Source: Nemertoderma westbladi (lineage: Eukaryota > Animalia > Xenacoelomorpha). Taken from it: a stretch of DNA of 37,667 bases. The position numbers and the translations under genes are program-made. The notes beneath the pieces were generated by a model. It was not told the DNA's origin and made no database searches. It was given only the letters and a program-made list of their open reading frames with translations. Shown in pieces: positions 34,601 to 37,667 of this stretch. The DNA is taken from assembly GCA_032718475.1 (NCBI GenBank), contig JAUCBJ010000856.1:1-37667 (forward strand), given 5' to 3'. Numbering within the stretch: position 1 is the stretch's first letter; each line of letters starts with the position of its first letter.

Positions 34601-35351
34601 AGTGTTAGGGTGTTTACTGAGGCTAGTCTAGTGACTTGCCTCAGATTCACCAATGGCTTTGTTGGTCGGGGTGGAACATGAGAGTAGCCTCAAACTCCAG
34701 AATCCCTCTCCCCATCACAATCTGGCCTCCCTGGTGACCCAGGGTTTGGGCCAGAAAGGTCCTCAGGAAAGGGACTCAAAGAATTGTTGGCTGCTCTCTC
34801 TCCAGTAGGGGGTGAGACAGGCAGCCGGTCAGGAGTTAACTGACGCCTGTGAGGCCGATTGTGTCCGGTAATTCCACTGGCCTCTAGTGGCCGGACCTCC
34901 GCATTGCTAATGTAATCCATAGTGGGGGTTGGGGGTGCTTTTTTGCCGAGTCAGCTCTCGGGGCAAATACCACACCCTGGTTTGCCATTCCACAGGGTGG
35001 GTGTCGCAATGGAGTCAGATATGAGGCCCATCACCCATATCTACTCTGGCGTACATGACCCACCATTGGCTGTTGCAGCTCATCTGCTGGGTCATGCCCT
35101 GTACCCTTGCTGCCAGGTGCAGGTTGCAGTGAAGTGCTCTCAGAGTGGACATGAGAACACTCTACTCCTAACCAGCCATTGGTAGATCACCATCTGCCTC
35201 GCCATATACCCCTGTTGCCAAGTATATGGGTCCTTAATCCAGGACCAAGGGCGTCCTTATCCCAGAACGAAGGGGGTCCTAGTTACAGGACCAGATTTGC
35301 CCTAGTAAGAGGGTCTATGCAGCTACAGGTGGCACCTCCTTTATGCTGCAT
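31674..35351 (-). mobile_element. RTE-B copy 3, near full length (lacks ~50 nt at the 5' end), inserted into RTE-A copy 2
   Basis: (TAG)n tail at 31674-31690. Structured 5' UTR at 34921-35351. No TSD; host sequence equivalent to 9917-9981 is missing at the site. 3-nt ATG microhomology at the 5' junction. Confidence 0.92.
31721..34920 (-). pseudogene. Disrupted APE-RT polyprotein of RTE-B (about 1070 codons when reconstructed)
   Basis: ATG at 34920 (MDYISNAEV...). TGA at 34690-34692 is GGA in copy 2. APE in ORF 33874-34653; a small deletion near 33910 removes the SDH motif. RT is split over ORFs 32590 and 31721 by a deletion near 32694. Confidence 0.88.
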
Positions 35352-35414
35352 TAAAGGCAACCTCCTTAGCAGCCCTCTCCACTTTATTTAGTAGAAGCTG
35401 TGCATCTGCTAGCG

Positions 35415-35787
35415 CAGAGGCGTAGCGAGGGGGGGGGGGATGTTCCCCCGGGCGCACTCACCCGGGGGCGCTGAAATGCCAGGCAAATGTCTGGGTATTC
35501 TTGTAAAAATAAGACACATCAGCGAAAATTCAGGGATTGGGATAACAGTATACAGGACATGTGTCATAAGCGAAAAATTTAAAAATTATCTTTGCTCGCT
35601 TCGCTCGCATTCGATATACAGTATTATAATTTCACTATATCAAACTTGTGTATAATAGATTTGATATAGTTATATACTTTTAGTAAACTGTTTTTTAGAT
35701 GTTTTTTTAATGTTAGGCCTATATTCTGTTGTATAATATTTAAAAAAAACCGCCATAAATGAGCTAGAAGGGCTCGCTACGCCTCTG
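35415..35787. mobile_element. hAT-like MITE, 373 bp, inserted into RTE-A copy 2
   Basis: Perfect 15-bp TIR CAGAGGCGTAGCGAG / CTCGCTACGCCTCTG. Perfect 8-bp TSD TGCTAGCG (35407-35414, 35788-35795). The empty site is visible in copy 1 at 9815-9822. Confidence 0.93.
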
Positions 35788-35859
35788 TGCTAGCGTATTA
35801 GAGAGCAGGGCGATGTCATCCGCAAAGTCGGTGTCTGTGACTGTAGTTGCCGGATATCT

Positions 35860-36116
35860 TTGCAGGACATTGCTTTCGCCGTGAGGACCAGCCAGTGCAT
35901 AATCTTGTACTTTGGCAGCCTCATGGAGTGAATAAGCATGGTGGACAGCCCATGACTTTCTTGAGACGCATCTTAAAGGACACTGGCCTTAAAGATGCGG
36001 ATGATCTAGCAAATGTCATGGGTGATAGGGAGTTGTGGCGGTGCAATTTTGTTGACAAGCCGGCACAGCATTCTTAAAAATGCAGCTGCAATGCAGCATG
36101 CCGATCCTAGTAGTAG
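35860..36116 (+). mobile_element. RTE-B copy 4, 257-bp 3' fragment inserted antisense into RTE-A copy 2
   Basis: FAGHC...KPAQHS*, 3' UTR, then (TAG)3. 12-bp TSD TGCCGGATATCT (35848-35859, 36117-36128). The empty site is at 9751-9762. Confidence 0.93.
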
Positions 36117-37619
36117 TGCCGGATATCTACTACTTCTGCGTTCTTGAAGTGTGAATCCCAGATCTTCACCCTTTGTGGCCGTCCTTATTGCGTAATCCAG
36201 CACAATTACAAATAGTAATGGTGCTAATGTGTCACCTTGCAGTACCCCAGCCAGGATTGAGAAAAACTCAGTTTCACCATCTGGTGAGAGTACCTGCGTT
36301 TCTGTGTCACAGTATAACAATCCAATGCCAGCAACAATTACTTCTGGCATTCCATAAGCTCTTAGGATTTCAAGCATTTTACCTCTATGGATGGAGTTGA
36401 ATGCCTTCTTGAAGTACACAAAAGTCATGACTGTGGGGAGATTCTTTGACTTCATTCCTCCAATCAGTCCCGTAGTGCAAGTATCTGAGCTACTGTATTG
36501 TTGATCTATTTGGTCGAAATCCGTTTTGGCTCTTACGCAGTAGTTTCTCTATGCGAGGCCTAATCCTATATAGAATCATTTTATTGTATATTTTGGCAGC
36601 TACCACAAGCAGACAGATCCCACGATAGTTTGTTGGTATACCGAGGTCTCCTTTCTTGGGGAGAGGCTTTACAGTTAGTTGACCTTTAGTCCAAATTGGT
36701 GGAGGCTTTTCCCCTTTTAACATCCGGTTGCAAACATTCAATAATGGTCTGTTTAGCACTCCTGTTTTCCATACCTCCGCTGGAATTTCATCTAATTCAC
36801 TCGCTTTATTATTGGACATGCCCTTAATGCTTCCTTGGAGTTCGGCAGGTGTGAAGTCCCCTGTCTCTATAGGTAGTGTCTTGTCATATATTTTCCTTGT
36901 AGGGCTGACCTCGATGTTTGGTGGTGGTGGCTGCCCAAGCAAGTTGCTGAAGTGATTTTTCCACTTCCCAACACGTTCTTCGGGACTATCGGTTTGAGGC
37001 GCCCCTTTGCACAACTTTTCTGACCAGATACCTCATTTACAGTTTGCCAGGTAAGTCTTGATTGTTGCTGTATGTGTGCAGTTGTAATTGCTTCAATTTT
37101 ATCCTGTATGTACTTTTCCTGGCTGATGTTGTAGGCCAATTTAAGATCGTCCTTAGCTTCCTAAACCTTGTTAATGTTTTCGGTTGTTTGTTGTTCGGTT
37201 TTTACTTTGTAGGCTATCTTAAGATCTTCTATCTCACAAGTAACCTCAGAGTTTTGCCATGGCACATACTGTTTTCGTTTGGGTTTCTGGGGGATATGCC
37301 TCTTAGCTGATTCCTTGTGGGCTGTTATTATATTCTGGTATTTCGAATCGGTGGACTGGTTTTCATCCATTGACTGAAGTGCTTCAAAGCGGTTTTGAAC
37401 TTCTACTGTGTAAGCATCCTTTACAGCATTGTCCGTTCTGAGTTTCTCCCAGTCATAGTTGATTTGCTTGCTTGTCCTGGGTTTGCTGGCTCTCATACTG
37501 AGTCTGATCTCTGCAGTCACAATTCTGTGGTCCGAACCAATTAGGTTGAACGAGCTGTATGCCTCGCAGCTGATCATGCTGTTTCTCCACTTTTTGTTTA
37601 TAAGGATGTAATCCAGTTG

Positions 37620-37667
37620 TTGGACTAAAGGTCAACTAAAGCCTCTCCCCAAGAAAGGAGACCTCGG
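37620..37667 (+). mobile_element. Start of a third RTE-A segment in the opposite orientation
   Basis: TTGGACTAAAGGTCAACTAAAGCCTCTCCCCAAGAAAGGAGACCTCGG is identical to 9195-9242 and runs off the window end. Confidence 0.85.

Larger units (their letters stand above)
31373..37623 (-). mobile_element. RTE-A copy 2, truncated at both ends and interrupted by three insertions
   Basis: Colinear pieces matching copy 1: 36129-37623 (APE end, RT N-terminal half), 35796-35859 (DFADD), 35349-35414, and 31373-31673 (GSWIESSKK...LYGGETW). Confidence 0.9.

Overview
AT-rich animal genomic DNA, probably a marine invertebrate (taxon is inference only). The window has one host gene: an intact, intronless 904-aa protein kinase D (PRKD family) ORF on the minus strand (13743-16457). 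The rest is repeats: a very homogeneous 49-bp satellite (1-4627), a 60-bp minisatellite, hexamer microsatellites, several non-autonomous DNA transposons (one TTAA/Kolobok-like, three complete hAT-like, one foldback), and two divergent families of RTE-clade non-LTR retrotransposons, here called RTE-A and RTE-B, both ending in (TAG)n tails. All RTE copies are defective. From 31373 to the end, an RTE-A copy has been hit by three nested insertions. The most interesting signal is RNA structure. Both RTE families begin with CAGGT repeats followed by the same pseudoknot architecture around an invariant ACCTGTAGCTG core, while their stem sequences differ in a compensatory way. I could not fit this fold to hammerhead, HDV-like or twister consensus, so it is a candidate new 5'-terminal ribozyme or cis-element. 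Further pseudoknots follow in the leaders, and the RTE-B 3' UTR is complementary to its 5' core. All structures were paired by eye, not computed.
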